Sequence record: MH992122.1
Source: Escherichia phage OLB35
DNA: 64,000 bases
Strand: one strand, 5' to 3'
This document shows, one piece after another, positions 19,342-31,834 of this stretch (positions within the stretch are counted from its first letter, which is position 1; the number at the start of each line of letters is the position of its first letter). The notes under the pieces were generated by a model. That model was not told the origin of the DNA, searched no databases, and saw nothing but the letters and a program-made list of their open reading frames with translations. The position numbers were made by a program, and so were the translations under genes.

Positions 19342-21312
19342 ATGGCAAACACTCCTGTAAATTATCAATTAACCCGAACAGCGAATGCTATTCCCGAGAT
19401 TTTTATCGGGGGCACATTTGCCGAAATCAAACAAAACATTATCGAATGGCTCAATGGACAGAACGAATTTCTTGATTATGATTTTGAAGGTTCGCGTTTA
19501 AACGTATTGTGCGACCTTTTAGCATATAATACTCTTTATATCCAACAGTTCAGTAATAGTGCGGTGTATGAAAGCTTTATGCGCACTGCAAACTTGCGTA
19601 GCTCTGTTGTACAAGCGGCTCAAGATAACGGATACCTGCCTTCATCTAAATCGGCAGCACAAACAGAAATTATGCTCACATGTACGGATGCATTAAATAG
19701 AAACTATATCACTATTCCACGTGGTACTCGTTTCCTGGCGTATGCTAAAGGTACTTCTGTAAATCCATATAACTTTGTTTCCACAGAAGACGTCATTGTA
19801 GTTAAAGACAAAAATAATCAATATTTCCCACGTCTTAGGTTAGCTCAGGGACGTATTGTTCGTACTGAATTAACATTTGATAAATTAAAACCTATCATTA
19901 TTCGTGATAAGAACATTGACCGTAATTTGGTTAAATTGTATGTTGACGGAGCAGAATGGATTAACTGGACTCGCAAATCGATGGTTCATGCTGGTTCTAC
20001 TTCAACCATTTATTATATGCGAGAAACTGTTGACGGGAACACTGAATTTTATTTTGGTGAAGGTGAAATCTCTATTAACACATCAGAAGGTGCTTTAACA
20101 TCTAACTACGTTGGCGGCCTTAAACCTGTCCAGGGTTCTAAAATCGTAATTGAATATATTTCTACTAATGGTGCTGAAGCAAATGGTGCAGTAGGATTCT
20201 CTTATGCTGATACATTAGCTAATATCACAGTTATTGGAATTAATGAAAACCCAAGTAATAACCCTGACTTCGTTGGTGCGGATGGCGGTGGCGACCCTGA
20301 AGATATTGAACGTATCCGTGAATTAGGTACAATTAAACGCGAAACTCAACAACGATGTGTGACTGCGACAGATTACGACACATTCGTCTCTGAACGATTT
20401 GGTTCTATTATTCAAGCGGTTCAGACATTTACGGATTCATCTAAGCCTGGGTACGCATTTATTGCTGCTAAACCTAAGTCTGGGTTATATTTGACTTCCG
20501 TCCAACGAGACGATATTAAAAATTATCTTAATGAGTATAACTTAGGGACGATAACTCCTGTTGTTATTTCTCCTGATTATTTGTTTATTAAAATGAATAT
20601 TCGCGTTACGTATGCATTGAACAAATTACAGGAATCTGAACAATGGTTAGAAGGCCAAATTATTAATAAAATCGACCGGTATTATATTGAAGACGTGGAA
20701 ATTTTTAACTCGTCATTCGCAAAATCTAAAATGCTAACGTATGTCGATGACGCAGATATTTCTATCATTGGTTCGTCTGCGACTATTCAAATGGTTCGCG
20801 AGGTACAGAACTTCTACAAAACACCTGAAACAGGTATTAAATACAATAACCAGATTAAAGATAGAACATTAGAATCTAACGTGTTTTCATTTGATAGTTT
20901 ACGCGTTGACCCTGAAACGGAAGATACTATTAAATATGACGTTCGCATTGTAGGTTCAGATAGAAATGACCGTGGCATTGGACAAGTTATTATTGGCCCG
21001 TTTGCAGATGGCGACGTTATAGAAAATGCTTATATTCAACCATATACTGGTGACGATTTTAATAAACTTCATGTTACGGACGGAAGAAACAAATATTACT
21101 CTATAGGTGAAGTAAATTATCCGGCTGATTCAATTTATTGGAATATAGCTAAAATTGATTTAACTTCCGATAGATTTGAAGTTCAAACTATTGAACTCTA
21201 TTCAGACCCAGCTGATGATGTTATCTTTACTAAAGACGGGTCATTAATTGTATTTGAAAATGACTTACGTCCACAATATTTAACCATAGATTTGGAGCCT
21301 ATTTCACAATGA
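19342..21312 (+). CDS. 6: gp6 baseplate wedge
   Basis: starts MANTPVNYQLTRTANAIPEIF as T4 gp6; about 656 aa. Confidence 0.85.
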   Translation: MANTPVNYQLTRTANAIPEIFIGGTFAEIKQNIIEWLNGQNEFLDYDFEGSRLNVLCDLLAYNTLYIQQFSNSAVYESFMRTANLRSSVVQAAQDNGYLPSSKSAAQTEIMLTCTDALNRNYITIPRGTRFLAYAKGTSVNPYNFVSTEDVIVVKDKNNQYFPRLRLAQGRIVRTELTFDKLKPIIIRDKNIDRNLVKLYVDGAEWINWTRKSMVHAGSTSTIYYMRETVDGNTEFYFGEGEISINTSEGALTSNYVGGLKPVQGSKIVIEYISTNGAEANGAVGFSYADTLANITVIGINENPSNNPDFVGADGGGDPEDIERIRELGTIKRETQQRCVTATDYDTFVSERFGSIIQAVQTFTDSSKPGYAFIAAKPKSGLYLTSVQRDDIKNYLNEYNLGTITPVVISPDYLFIKMNIRVTYALNKLQESEQWLEGQIINKIDRYYIEDVEIFNSSFAKSKMLTYVDDADISIIGSSATIQMVREVQNFYKTPETGIKYNNQIKDRTLESNVFSFDSLRVDPETEDTIKYDVRIVGSDRNDRGIGQVIIGPFADGDVIENAYIQPYTGDDFNKLHVTDGRNKYYSIGEVNYPADSIYWNIAKIDLTSDRFEVQTIELYSDPADDVIFTKDGSLIVFENDLRPQYLTIDLEPISQ

Positions 21313-24300
21313 CAGTAAAAGCGCCAGCAGTCACGAGTCTCAGATTATCTAAATTGTCCGCAAACCAAGTTCAAATTCGCTGGGATGAGGTTGGCGCTAA
21401 TTTCTACTATTTTGTGGAAATAGCTGAGACCAAAACAGCTAATGGGGAAGCAATTCCCCGTAATAGCTATAGATGGACTAATTTAGGATATACCGCTGAT
21501 AACAATTTCTTTGAGTCTGGTTTAAATTCATTAACAACATATATGATGCGTGTGGCTACAGCAGCGGAGGGATTTGAGCAGTCTGATTGGAGATACACCG
21601 AAGAGTTTGAAACATTTGAAATAAACGCTTACACATTCCAACATATGATTGAAATGCAATTAGCTAACGAGTTTATTTCTGAAAAATTTACAAAAAATAA
21701 TACAAACTACGTTGATTTTAATAATGACACTATCATGGCAGCACTGATGAGCGAGTCGTTCCAATTTAGTCCTGCATACACCGATGTGTCATCGATTAGA
21801 AATTTTATAATTGGTGAAAATCGGTATCATGAAATCCAGGGGCATATCCAGGACGTATGTAAAGATATAAATCGAGTATATCTAATGGAATCTGAAGGAA
21901 TTCTTTACCTTTTTGAAAGATTCCAACCTATTGTAAAAGTGTCTAATGATAAAGGCCAAACATGGAAAGCGGTTAAATTGCTTAATGACCGTGTAGGATA
22001 TCCACTTTCACGAACTGTATATTACCAATCAGAATATACGACGTATTTGCTCGGCTATGATAAGATTTTTTACGGGCGTAAATCATCCGATATTCGTTGG
22101 TCTGCTGATGATGTTCGTTTCAGTTCACAAGATGTAACATTTGCTAAAATCGGGGACCGATTAAATTTAGGTTTTGATGTAGAGATTTTCGGTACATACG
22201 CATCATTACCAGGAAACGTATCACGTATTGCAGAAGCTATTACTTGTAATGATGACTATGTTTATATTGCGGCCAGAGATAAAGTTCGCTTCGTTAAAAC
22301 CAGTAACGCTCCTATTGATTCAGATCCATTATCTCCGACCTATTCCGAACGGTTGTTTGAACCTGAGACGTTTACAATAACAGGCAACCCTAAAGCAGTT
22401 TGTTATAAAATGGATTCTGTTGGTGGAAGAATATTCGCTCTTATTATTGGTGAAGTCGAAAACGTTAATGACGACCCAAGAACAAAGCCTATTTTAGATT
22501 CCGTTGATAAAGGTGTATACGTTTTAGACCATGACGCTGGAAAATTTAAAAGGATATTTGGTAATACCGAAGAAGAACGCCGTCGTATAGAACCGGCTTT
22601 CACCAATATGTCTACTGATGGTGTTGAGCTTTATATCTCTTCTAGTAATTTTAAATTTTTAGAATCTGATATTGTTGACGACCCAGAAACGCAATCTAAG
22701 TATGGACTTTTAGGAGCAGTTAAGTATGAATATCCTAGAGAATGGCTCGCAGATAAACATTACCATATGATGATTTTCGCATCAAACGAAGAAAGTAATT
22801 GGGAAACTTTTTCACCAACTCCTATGCAGTATTATGCAGAACCTTTCTTTAGTTATTCTAGAAAATCAGGCACACGTTCTTGGATTAATAACTCTGATAG
22901 AGCGGTAGTGATTTATTCTGATTTGCTTTACACAAAGGTAGTGGAAAGCCACCCTAGCACTTCACCTGATCGTAAAGTTCATGAATACTGGAATGATGGC
23001 GATTGTAAGATTGTTATGCCGAATATAGAATTCACTGGATTTAAAAAATACGCATCTGGTATGTTGTTTTATAAATCATCAGGTGAAATAATTTCATATT
23101 ACGATTTTAGTTATCGTGTTAGAGATAACGTTTCTATAATTTGGAAGCCCACTAACGTATTTTTGACCTCCTCATTACAAAACCAAGAAAAAGAAACTTC
23201 TTGGGTTCCTGTTGAAGAGACTGGTCTAGCTGACCCGGATTTACGCCCATTACTCACTACAATGATGCCAGAGTCTTATCTGTTGGATAATACAAACTTT
23301 GAAGCATTTTGTGAAGCGTATATTCAATATCTTTCTGATGGATACGGGACTCATTATAATAACTTATTGAATTTGATTAAAAATAAATACCCACGAGAAG
23401 AACACGCATGGGAATATCTTTGGTCTGAAATTTATAAACGGAACATTTATTTGAATGCTGAGAAACGTGATTTAGTTTCTAGGTTCTTTGAGTCCAGAAG
23501 TTATGATTTTTATTCTACTAAAGGAACTGAAGCGTCGTATAAGTTTTTGTTTAAAGTTCTTTATAACGAAGACGTTGAAGTGGAAATTGAGTCATCTGCT
23601 GGAACAGAGTACGATATCATAATTCAATCTGATTCTATAAGTGAAGATTTGGTTGGACAAACTATATACACCGCTACAGGTAGATGTAATGTTACATATT
23701 TAGAAAGAAGCTATTCTAAAGGTAAATTACAATGGACTGTGACTATTCATAACCTTTTAGGTAGGCTTTTAGTCGGTCAAGAAGTAAAAGCCGAAAGACT
23801 AGCAGATTTTGAAGGTGAAATAGTTCGCGGTATTAAAGGTAAAGAACTTGCCCAAAACACTATCGATTATTTTAATCGTGGTAGAGCTTATTACGTCATG
23901 AAAATAAAGTCAAATCTTCCATCCTCTCGTTGGAAATCTGACGTACTACGTTTTGTACATCCGGTAGGATTTGGATTTATTGCAATAACCTTATTAACAA
24001 TGTTTATTAATACAGGATTAACGCTTAAACATGTTGAAACTATTATTAATAAATATAAAAATTATAAGTGGGATTCCGGACTGCCTACGGAATATGCAGA
24101 CCGCGTCGCTCGTTTAGACCCTCAAGGTAATGTAGAATTCAATCCTGTTACAGGTGAAGTAATTTATGATGCTGGTCCTTATGCCGGTATCGAATACCCT
24201 TTACCTGCAAATTATAACGAAGAAAATGATAACTCTATTTTCCAAGGACAATTACCGTCCGAACGACGCAAGCCAATGAGCCCATTATTTGATGCATCAG

Positions 24301-24407
24301 GTACAACGTTCTCTAGATTTAGAGAGCTTGTTAATGAAAGATTGTTAGATAACGTGGGAAATCCTAGAGACCCGATTAATCCACCACAGGTTAAATTAGA
24401 TGAATGA
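21309..24407 (+). CDS. 7: gp7 baseplate wedge
   Basis: 1032 aa, same length as T4 gp7; position. Confidence 0.85.
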   Translation: MTVKAPAVTSLRLSKLSANQVQIRWDEVGANFYYFVEIAETKTANGEAIPRNSYRWTNLGYTADNNFFESGLNSLTTYMMRVATAAEGFEQSDWRYTEEFETFEINAYTFQHMIEMQLANEFISEKFTKNNTNYVDFNNDTIMAALMSESFQFSPAYTDVSSIRNFIIGENRYHEIQGHIQDVCKDINRVYLMESEGILYLFERFQPIVKVSNDKGQTWKAVKLLNDRVGYPLSRTVYYQSEYTTYLLGYDKIFYGRKSSDIRWSADDVRFSSQDVTFAKIGDRLNLGFDVEIFGTYASLPGNVSRIAEAITCNDDYVYIAARDKVRFVKTSNAPIDSDPLSPTYSERLFEPETFTITGNPKAVCYKMDSVGGRIFALIIGEVENVNDDPRTKPILDSVDKGVYVLDHDAGKFKRIFGNTEEERRRIEPAFTNMSTDGVELYISSSNFKFLESDIVDDPETQSKYGLLGAVKYEYPREWLADKHYHMMIFASNEESNWETFSPTPMQYYAEPFFSYSRKSGTRSWINNSDRAVVIYSDLLYTKVVESHPSTSPDRKVHEYWNDGDCKIVMPNIEFTGFKKYASGMLFYKSSGEIISYYDFSYRVRDNVSIIWKPTNVFLTSSLQNQEKETSWVPVEETGLADPDLRPLLTTMMPESYLLDNTNFEAFCEAYIQYLSDGYGTHYNNLLNLIKNKYPREEHAWEYLWSEIYKRNIYLNAEKRDLVSRFFESRSYDFYSTKGTEASYKFLFKVLYNEDVEVEIESSAGTEYDIIIQSDSISEDLVGQTIYTATGRCNVTYLERSYSKGKLQWTVTIHNLLGRLLVGQEVKAERLADFEGEIVRGIKGKELAQNTIDYFNRGRAYYVMKIKSNLPSSRWKSDVLRFVHPVGFGFIAITLLTMFINTGLTLKHVETIINKYKNYKWDSGLPTEYADRVARLDPQGNVEFNPVTGEVIYDAGPYAGIEYPLPANYNEENDNSIFQGQLPSERRKPMSPLFDASGTTFSRFRELVNERLLDNVGNPRDPINPPQVKLDE

Positions 24408-25404
24408 TTCAAGTGTTGTCTATCGTTCGATAGTTACTTCAAAATTTAGAACTGAAAAAATGTTGAATTTCTACAATTCAATAGGTGATGGTGATAATAA
24501 AAACACCATCTTTATAACGTTTGGTCGGTCTGAACCATGGGCTGCTAATGAAAATGAGGTGGGCTTCGCCCCACCGTATCCAACAGACTCGGTTTTAGGT
24601 GTAACAGATATGTGGACTAACATGATGGGTTTAGTTAAAGTTATCCCATCTATGTTAGACTCGGTTATTCCTAGACGTGACTGGGGAGATATTCGTTATC
24701 CGGACCCTTATACGTTCAAAATAAATGATATAGTCGTATGTAATACAGCCCCATATAACGCCACTGAAGTCGGAGCTGGATGGTTAGTATACCGTTGCGT
24801 AGATGTTCCTGATGTTGGGATGTGTTCTATTGAGTCTCTCGACAACAAAGAAGAATGTCTTAAATTAGGCGGTAAATGGACTCCATCTGTTAGGTCTTTA
24901 ACCCCTCCTGAAGGCCGTGGAGATGCTGAAGGGATTATCGAAGTTGGTGATGGATATATATGGGAGTATCTTTATGAGATTCCACCCGATGTGTCTATAA
25001 ACCGATGTACTAATGAATATATAGTCGTTCCATGGCCGGAAGAAGTTAAAGAAGATCCTGCTCGTTGGGGATATGAAAACAATCTAACCTGGCAACAAGA
25101 TGATTTTGACCTTGTGTATAGAGTTAAAGCAAACATAATTCGTTTTAAAGCCTATTTAGACTCAGTTTATTTCCCTAATGCAGCACTGCCTGGTAATAAA
25201 GGATTTAGACAAATTTCTATTATCACAAACCCCTTGGAAGCTAAACTCCGTCCTAATGACCCTAATATAAAAGCTGAAAAGGATTATTATGACCCCAGAG
25301 ATTTACAGCGTCATTCTGGTGAAATGATTTATATGGAAAACCGTCCACCTATTATTATGGCAATGGACCAAACCGAAGAGATCAATATTTTGTTTATGTT
25401 CTAA
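24400..25404 (+). CDS. 8: gp8 baseplate wedge
   Basis: 334 aa, same length as T4 gp8. Confidence 0.8.
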   Translation: MNDSSVVYRSIVTSKFRTEKMLNFYNSIGDGDNKNTIFITFGRSEPWAANENEVGFAPPYPTDSVLGVTDMWTNMMGLVKVIPSMLDSVIPRRDWGDIRYPDPYTFKINDIVVCNTAPYNATEVGAGWLVYRCVDVPDVGMCSIESLDNKEECLKLGGKWTPSVRSLTPPEGRGDAEGIIEVGDGYIWEYLYEIPPDVSINRCTNEYIVVPWPEEVKEDPARWGYENNLTWQQDDFDLVYRVKANIIRFKAYLDSVYFPNAALPGNKGFRQISIITNPLEAKLRPNDPNIKAEKDYYDPRDLQRHSGEMIYMENRPPIIMAMDQTEEINILFMF

Positions 25405-25408
25405 TTTA

Positions 25409-25430
25409 GGGAGACTTCGGTCTCCCTTTC
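25409..25430 (+). terminator. hairpin GGGAGAC-TTCG-GTCTCCC plus T-rich tail
   Basis: perfect 7-bp GC-rich stem with a UUCG loop directly after the gp8 stop. Confidence 0.5.
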
Positions 25431-25433
25431 GCG

Positions 25434-25441
25434 TATAAATA
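25434..25441 (+). promoter_or_regulatory. late promoter TATAAATA (gene 9)
   Basis: exact TATAAATA 26 nt upstream of the gp9 ATG. Confidence 0.55.
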
Positions 25442-25466
25442 GTATAAACTATTAAGGATTAGCCAC

Positions 25467-26330
25467 ATGTATATTCAAACTCCAAAACAATTGATTGACG
25501 TTGGCGAAATTGGTAACGCTTCTACAGGCGATATCCTTTTTGACGGCGGTGTTAAAATAAACAATGATATAAATGCTATTTACAATGCGTTTGGTGACCA
25601 ACGAAAAATGGCAACTGCTAATGGGACAGGACCAAATGGACAAATAATCCATGCTACTGGATACTACCAAAAAGGAGGTCCTACTGATTATTTCACCCCT
25701 GTTCCAGTAGGAAGTAGACACGACATAGATGCTTCTACCGGTGGTGTTATTGTTACTGTTGCTAGAGGTGAACTCGGCGATTCCGTGGAATTTATAAATT
25801 CAAACGGGTCAATTTCGGTAAACAACCCATTAAGTATCCAAGCATTAGATTCTATTAAAGGTGTTGCAGGTAATTTAGTTATAACTACACCTTATACTAA
25901 AGTTACTCTTCGTTGTATTTCTTCTGGTGCAGGCGGTTCAATATGGGATTATTCTACAGAAAGTATGTTTAGTCATACCGAAATTCCTGTAGACGGGACA
26001 TGGAATATTATTTCAGACTATGTCAATATTCCTCTATTTTATAAAACTGAATATAATGCTGCTAAACTTTTGGTTACATGCCAATCTGCCAATGGCAGAA
26101 AAATTAAATCATGCGAAATAAATATTCTAATAGATACAATTAATTCAAGAGTTATTTCAACCGAATACGCAGTGATGCGCGTTGGTAATGATAACGAAGA
26201 AGATGAAATTGCGAATATTAGTTTTTCGATAATTAACAATTTTGCCACTATGACAGTTTCTTCACGTATAAATGGTCTTCGAGTGGCAGCTAAAGTTATT
26301 TCAACTCAGAAAATTAGGGTCGCTCAATAA
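25467..26330 (+). CDS. 9: gp9 baseplate wedge / long tail fibre socket
   Basis: 287 aa; ...LIDVGEIGNASTGDILFDGG... matches remembered T4 gp9. Confidence 0.85.
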   Translation: MYIQTPKQLIDVGEIGNASTGDILFDGGVKINNDINAIYNAFGDQRKMATANGTGPNGQIIHATGYYQKGGPTDYFTPVPVGSRHDIDASTGGVIVTVARGELGDSVEFINSNGSISVNNPLSIQALDSIKGVAGNLVITTPYTKVTLRCISSGAGGSIWDYSTESMFSHTEIPVDGTWNIISDYVNIPLFYKTEYNAAKLLVTCQSANGRKIKSCEINILIDTINSRVISTEYAVMRVGNDNEEDEIANISFSIINNFATMTVSSRINGLRVAAKVISTQKIRVAQ

Positions 26331-28144
26331 TGAAACAAAATATTAAAATTGGGAACGTCGTTGATGACGGACAAGGCGATTACCTTCGTCGTGGTGGTGC
26401 AAAAATTAATGAAAACTTTGATGAGTTGTATTATGAATTAGGCGATGGCGAAGTTCCATATTCCGCTGGTGCCTGGAAAACATACCATTCTTCAGATGGA
26501 CTTAATTTAGCTGCTGAATGGGGTAAATCATACGCAATTGATACTTCAACAGGGCGTGTTTCTATAAATTTACCTAAAGGAACAGTGGAAGATTATAATA
26601 AAGTAATTAGAGCCCGTGATGTATTCGCCACATGGAATATTAACCCTGTAACATTAATTGCTGCCAGTGGTGATACTATTAAAGGTTCTTCTAGCCCAGT
26701 AGAAATCAATGTGCAGTTTTCAGACTTAGAATTAGTTTACTGTTCTCCTGGACGCTGGGAATACGTTAAAAATAAACAAATAGACAAAATTACTAGTTCT
26801 GATATTAGTAGTGTAGCTCGTAAAGAATTTTTAGTCGAAGTTCAAGGTCAAACTGATTTTCTTGATGTATTTGGGTCTGTTTCTTATAATGTGAATAATA
26901 TCCGTGTAAAACATCGTGGTAACGAATTATACTACGGTGATGCGTTCAGTGACAATAGCGACTTTGGTTCTCCAGGAGCTAATCCTGGAGAAATCGTTGC
27001 ATTAGATGGTAAAAACATCCGTTTAAGACAACCATGTAATATTGGCGACACCGTACAAATTGAAACCTTTTTGGATGGGATTACACAATTACGCAGTTCT
27101 TATTCTCGCCGCCAAATACGTATTTTAGATTCAAAATTAACAACCCGTCCTTCCTTAGAAGGAAGTGTATATGTCGCTGATTTGTCAACTTTGAAATCTA
27201 TTCCTTTTTCCGCATTTGGAGTTAATCCTTCAGAACCGGTCAATACCAATTCTTTAGAAGTTCGTTTTAACGGTATTCTTCAAGAATTAGCTGGTACTGT
27301 TGGTTTACCTATGTTCAGATGTGAAGGAGCTGACGCAGAAACTTCTACTGAGTGTTCAGCTTTAGGTGGGACTTGGGTTACATCTAACACAGATTATTCT
27401 ATTGAATATGATGATAACGATGCAACTATCGCACGTGCTTTAGTCTTTGACCGTAAGTTTGAAGACCAAGACATTATTGATATTACATGGTTTAATAACG
27501 ATTTAGGCACTTTATTAAGTATCGATGACATTTTAGATACAACTGATGAAAGGTATGTCGCACAAGGTGCAACCGTAAATGTGACAGGCGATGTGGCTTT
27601 GACCGATTTCAATAATATCGGATGGCCTAATGTAGAACCTGTTCCGACATATAGCAGGGAATTCTCGTCTATTGCAAATATTTTTAACACTATTTACCCT
27701 GTCGGTACTATTTACGAAAATGCAGTGAACCCTAATAACCCAGCCACATATTTAGGATTTGGCTCTTGGAAATTATGGGGACAAGGAAAAGTATTAGTTG
27801 GATGGAACGACGATATTAGCGATCCTAATTTTGCATTAAATAATAACGACCTTGATTCTAGCGGGAATCCTACACATACCGCCGGTGGAACAGTCGGAAC
27901 AACGTCTAACACACTAACTAATTCTGATTTACCTCCTACTCAAACTGACGAGAAAGTTCTTATTTCCGATGAGAACGGTACAATTATTATTGGTGGTTGT
28001 CAATATGACCCTGATGCGGAAGGTCCTATATACACCAAATACCGTGAAGGCCACGCCACAACGAATAGTACACACGTACCGCCTCAAGCTGTAAATAATA
28101 TTCAACCGTCAATTACCGTATACCGTTGGGTAAGGATTGCATAA
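26330..28144 (+). CDS. 10: gp10 baseplate wedge / short tail fibre attachment
   Basis: 604 aa (T4 about 602). Confidence 0.85.
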   Translation: MKQNIKIGNVVDDGQGDYLRRGGAKINENFDELYYELGDGEVPYSAGAWKTYHSSDGLNLAAEWGKSYAIDTSTGRVSINLPKGTVEDYNKVIRARDVFATWNINPVTLIAASGDTIKGSSSPVEINVQFSDLELVYCSPGRWEYVKNKQIDKITSSDISSVARKEFLVEVQGQTDFLDVFGSVSYNVNNIRVKHRGNELYYGDAFSDNSDFGSPGANPGEIVALDGKNIRLRQPCNIGDTVQIETFLDGITQLRSSYSRRQIRILDSKLTTRPSLEGSVYVADLSTLKSIPFSAFGVNPSEPVNTNSLEVRFNGILQELAGTVGLPMFRCEGADAETSTECSALGGTWVTSNTDYSIEYDDNDATIARALVFDRKFEDQDIIDITWFNNDLGTLLSIDDILDTTDERYVAQGATVNVTGDVALTDFNNIGWPNVEPVPTYSREFSSIANIFNTIYPVGTIYENAVNPNNPATYLGFGSWKLWGQGKVLVGWNDDISDPNFALNNNDLDSSGNPTHTAGGTVGTTSNTLTNSDLPPTQTDEKVLISDENGTIIIGGCQYDPDAEGPIYTKYREGHATTNSTHVPPQAVNNIQPSITVYRWVRIA

Positions 28145-28803
28145 TGACCATACTTAATACTAAAGCGGGAGTAATATCCCGCGAAGCAGATTTTTTAGGA
28201 TTTAGAAAAAATCCTACTCAAATTGATATTTTAAACAACCAAGGCGTAGGTTCTGTAACTATTTCTCAATTGGCAAAAGGATTCTACGATGATAACGTGG
28301 AATCTGCAATAAACGATGTTCATAATATTGCTAGAGCAGATGTAGGAACAGTTACAATTAACACCTCAGGTGTATCTCCTGAAGGAACTTCACAGGTAGA
28401 TTATTGGTCCTTTAGTGGAAGTGTAACTGACCCTAGTTTGCCCGATGGAAGCCCTGTTATTGTAAAAGTTTACGGGCTTCCTGTTAACGCTACTGTAGGT
28501 ATGACAGCCGACGAATTTGTTGTACAATTACGTACTACTCTCCGGAATGCGATTTCCGACCAATTGGCTATTGCAGAGTATAAAGATGACCCTACTGTTG
28601 GGACTAAATTACAAATAACATATTTAGATAACCAAAGACACATACTCCCAACGTATTCCGCTTATGGTATCACGGTTTCTCAAGAAATAGTGTCTCAGGC
28701 TAAGTCCGGATACGGCACTTGGAATTTACTAGGTGCGCAAACCATTACTCTTGACAACCATACTTCACCTACAACCTTTTATTATTTTGTGAGAAGCGCA
28801 TGA
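28144..28803 (+). CDS. 11: gp11 baseplate wedge / short tail fibre connector
   Basis: 219 aa from the ATG overlapping the gp10 stop (TAATG). Confidence 0.8.
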   Translation: MTILNTKAGVISREADFLGFRKNPTQIDILNNQGVGSVTISQLAKGFYDDNVESAINDVHNIARADVGTVTINTSGVSPEGTSQVDYWSFSGSVTDPSLPDGSPVIVKVYGLPVNATVGMTADEFVVQLRTTLRNAISDQLAIAEYKDDPTVGTKLQITYLDNQRHILPTYSAYGITVSQEIVSQAKSGYGTWNLLGAQTITLDNHTSPTTFYYFVRSA

Positions 28804-30350
28804 GTAACAATACATATCAACACGTTTCGAATGAATCGGTATATGTTGAATTTGACCCTGCAGGGTCAAATTTTGATAGTTCAATAACCAATGTCCAGGC
28901 AGCCTTAGCCTCAATTAGCGCATATGGTGTTAAAGGTGTTCCGGACGCAAGCGAAGCAGAAAAAGGTGTAATTCAATTAGCGACAGAACAAGAAGTTCTT
29001 GATGGATTTAATAGTACTAAAGCCGTTACACCCGCCACATTAAATGCAAGACTTCAGTATCCGAACGCGTCAGAAACACAATACGGTGTAACTAAATATG
29101 CAACACAAGAGGAAGCCATTGCCGGCACTTTAGACACTGTTTCTATTACTCCACTTAAATTAAACCAAACTATTGATAACACGTTCTCTACTCGTTATTC
29201 CACCGAAACAACTAATGGTGTTATTAAAATTGCAACTCAAACCGCTGCACTTGCCGGGTCTGATGATACCACAGCAATGACACCGCTTAAAACTCAGCAA
29301 TTAGCAATAAAATTAATTTCTCAAATAGCTCCTAATAACGACCCGGCTTCAGAATCTATTACCGGTGTTGTGCGTTTAGCTACAGTGGCTCAAACACGTC
29401 AAGGAACTCTTCGCGAAGGATATGCAATTTCCCCGTATACCTTTATGAATTCTGTTGCAACACAAGAATATAAAGGTGTTATACGTCTAGGAACACAAGC
29501 AGAAATTAATAGTAATTTAGGAGATGTTGCTGTAACGGGTGAAACGCTAAATGGTAGAGGAGCTACCGGTTCTATGCGTGGAGTCGTAAAATTAACGTCA
29601 CAGGCCGGTGTTGCACCCGAAGGCGATAGCTCTGGAGCATTAGCATGGAACGCAGATGTAATTAATACACGCGGTGGGCAAACTATTAATGGTTCTTTAA
29701 ATTTAGACCATCTCACAGCAAATGGAATTTGGTCACGTGGCGGAATGTGGAAAAACGGTGACCAGCCGGTTGCAACAGAGCGATATGCATCTGAACGTGT
29801 TCCTGTTGGAACAATTCAAATGTTCGCAGGTGATAGCGCTCCTCCGGGTTGGGTTTTATGTTATGGCGGGACCATTTCTGGAGACCAATTTCCGGACTAT
29901 CGAAATGTGGTTGGAACGAGATTTGGCGGTGATTGGAATAATCCTGGAATTCCAGATATGCGCGGCCTTTTTGTTAGAGGAGCTGGTACAGGTAGCCATA
30001 TTTTAAATAATCGCGGACAAGACGGCTATGGAAAGGATAGATTAGGTGTAGGATGTGACGGCATGCATGTTGGCGGTGTCCAAGCGCAGCAAATGTCATA
30101 TCATAAACACGCTGGTGGATGGGGCGAATATCAACGTCACGAGGCACCATTCGGAGCATCCGTATATCAAGGTTATTTGGGTACTAGAAAATACTCTGAT
30201 TGGGATAATGCGTCGTATTTCACAAATGACGGCTTCGAATTAGGTGGTCACCGTGACGCAACAGGCACTCTTAACCGTGAAGGACTTATCGGATATGAGA
30301 CTCGTCCATGGAATATATCTTTAAATTATATTATTAAAGTCCATTACTAA
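28800..30350 (+). CDS. 12: gp12 short tail fibre
   Basis: 516 aa; repetitive G(V/T)(I/V)(K/R)LAT motifs typical of gp12. Confidence 0.85.
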   Translation: MSNNTYQHVSNESVYVEFDPAGSNFDSSITNVQAALASISAYGVKGVPDASEAEKGVIQLATEQEVLDGFNSTKAVTPATLNARLQYPNASETQYGVTKYATQEEAIAGTLDTVSITPLKLNQTIDNTFSTRYSTETTNGVIKIATQTAALAGSDDTTAMTPLKTQQLAIKLISQIAPNNDPASESITGVVRLATVAQTRQGTLREGYAISPYTFMNSVATQEYKGVIRLGTQAEINSNLGDVAVTGETLNGRGATGSMRGVVKLTSQAGVAPEGDSSGALAWNADVINTRGGQTINGSLNLDHLTANGIWSRGGMWKNGDQPVATERYASERVPVGTIQMFAGDSAPPGWVLCYGGTISGDQFPDYRNVVGTRFGGDWNNPGIPDMRGLFVRGAGTGSHILNNRGQDGYGKDRLGVGCDGMHVGGVQAQQMSYHKHAGGWGEYQRHEAPFGASVYQGYLGTRKYSDWDNASYFTNDGFELGGHRDATGTLNREGLIGYETRPWNISLNYIIKVHY

Positions 30351-30359
30351 GGGTAAAAA

Positions 30360-31802
30360 ATGATCGAATTAAAAAGTCTACCATACGTTGATGGCCCTCC
30401 TGATGAGGGTCAAAAACGTTTAAACTGGATTAAAAATTCAGAAGAAATAACTGGCGCTGATACGTTATACGGTTCTGAAGGAGTAATGAACCGTCCAATA
30501 ACAGAAGTTCAACGAAATGTAGAAACAATTAACGATAACGTTAAGACTATAGCAGAATCTTTAGATACCGCTAATGCTGATATTGACACAATTAAAAGTA
30601 TCTTGGATGTTTCTGGTGACGTAGATGCTTTAGCACAAATTGGACATAACACTGATGATATTGAAGTATTAAAACACACTGTAAATTCACACGGTGTTGA
30701 TATTTTAAACACTGAAGAAAAACTAGATGATACTATTGCTAATATCGGAGTAGTTAATCCAGAAACAGATTCGGTGTATCGTACGGTGCGTAACGACCTT
30801 CTTTGGATTAAAACCGAATTAGGGCAATATACTGGACAAGATATTAATGGTGTCCCAACCGAAGGTAATGAAAGCACCGGTATGAAACGACGTATTATTA
30901 CTAACAGTTCAGTGTTGGTTGACCAAGGCGTTCGTTTAACCGAGTTAGAAAATAAATTTGCCGATTCTGATGTTGGGGCTCTGACAACCGAAGTTGAAAA
31001 CCTCCGTCAAGAAATAGGTCCTAGACCATCGTTAACAGTACCGGTTTACACTCGTTTATCCGGTATTGATTCATCCATTTCTATCCAAACTAGAGATATT
31101 GCGGCATTAAAAGATTTTGTTGGATATCCTAATTCAACCGCTATTAAAACTCAAGTCGAGGCCAATAGTCTTTCTATATCAACAATAAATTCAGTCATTA
31201 ACTCGACTGGCGGTATTAAACCACGTTTGACAACGTTAGAAACTACTATAGGCTCTCCAGATTTACCAACTACTCTTCAGGGTAAGATCAAATTAAATAC
31301 CGATTCCATTTCAGGTATTAACACAGTTTTAGGTGTTGATTCTTCTAGTGGTTTACGTTTTAACGTAGCATGGCTTAATCAGGTGGTTGGAGTTGATTCA
31401 AACGGTGGACAACCTGAACCGGCTGGTTCACTTTTATATAGGACTCGTATTCTTGAAACTGGTGTTACCGACCTAGGCAATAACATTCAAAACGTTCAAA
31501 CCGAATTGGGAACTAATTCGTCTGGTATTAAAGGACAAGTAACTAGTTTAAATAAACTTATAAGCGGCACCAACCCAAACGGTCAAACCATAGAAGAACG
31601 TGGTATATTGCCAACAGTTAAAAACCACGACACGACAATTACGGATTTAACTACGCGTGTTACCACTTTAGAAACAGACCTTGCTGCAGCAGAAGCAGAA
31701 ATTCAGGCCCTTGAAGAGGCTGGATATATCGAAGATGCTCCTTCAGACGGTAAATTCTATGTTCGTAAAGATGGTGCTTGGGTTGAACTTCCTACAGCTT
31801 AA
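30360..31802 (+). CDS. wac: fibritin (whisker antigen control)
   Basis: 480 aa coiled coil; C-terminal foldon GYIEDAPSDGKFYVRKDGAWVEL. Confidence 0.9.
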   Translation: MIELKSLPYVDGPPDEGQKRLNWIKNSEEITGADTLYGSEGVMNRPITEVQRNVETINDNVKTIAESLDTANADIDTIKSILDVSGDVDALAQIGHNTDDIEVLKHTVNSHGVDILNTEEKLDDTIANIGVVNPETDSVYRTVRNDLLWIKTELGQYTGQDINGVPTEGNESTGMKRRIITNSSVLVDQGVRLTELENKFADSDVGALTTEVENLRQEIGPRPSLTVPVYTRLSGIDSSISIQTRDIAALKDFVGYPNSTAIKTQVEANSLSISTINSVINSTGGIKPRLTTLETTIGSPDLPTTLQGKIKLNTDSISGINTVLGVDSSSGLRFNVAWLNQVVGVDSNGGQPEPAGSLLYRTRILETGVTDLGNNIQNVQTELGTNSSGIKGQVTSLNKLISGTNPNGQTIEERGILPTVKNHDTTITDLTTRVTTLETDLAAAEAEIQALEEAGYIEDAPSDGKFYVRKDGAWVELPTA

Positions 31803-31808
31803 TGAAAA

Positions 31809-31822
31809 GGGCCTTCGGGCCC
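31809..31822 (+). other. stem-loop GGGCC-TTCG-GGCCC between wac and gene 13
   Basis: perfect hairpin with no following T-run; likely an RNA stability or processing element. Confidence 0.4.
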
Positions 31823-31834
31823 TAAAGGATTTAT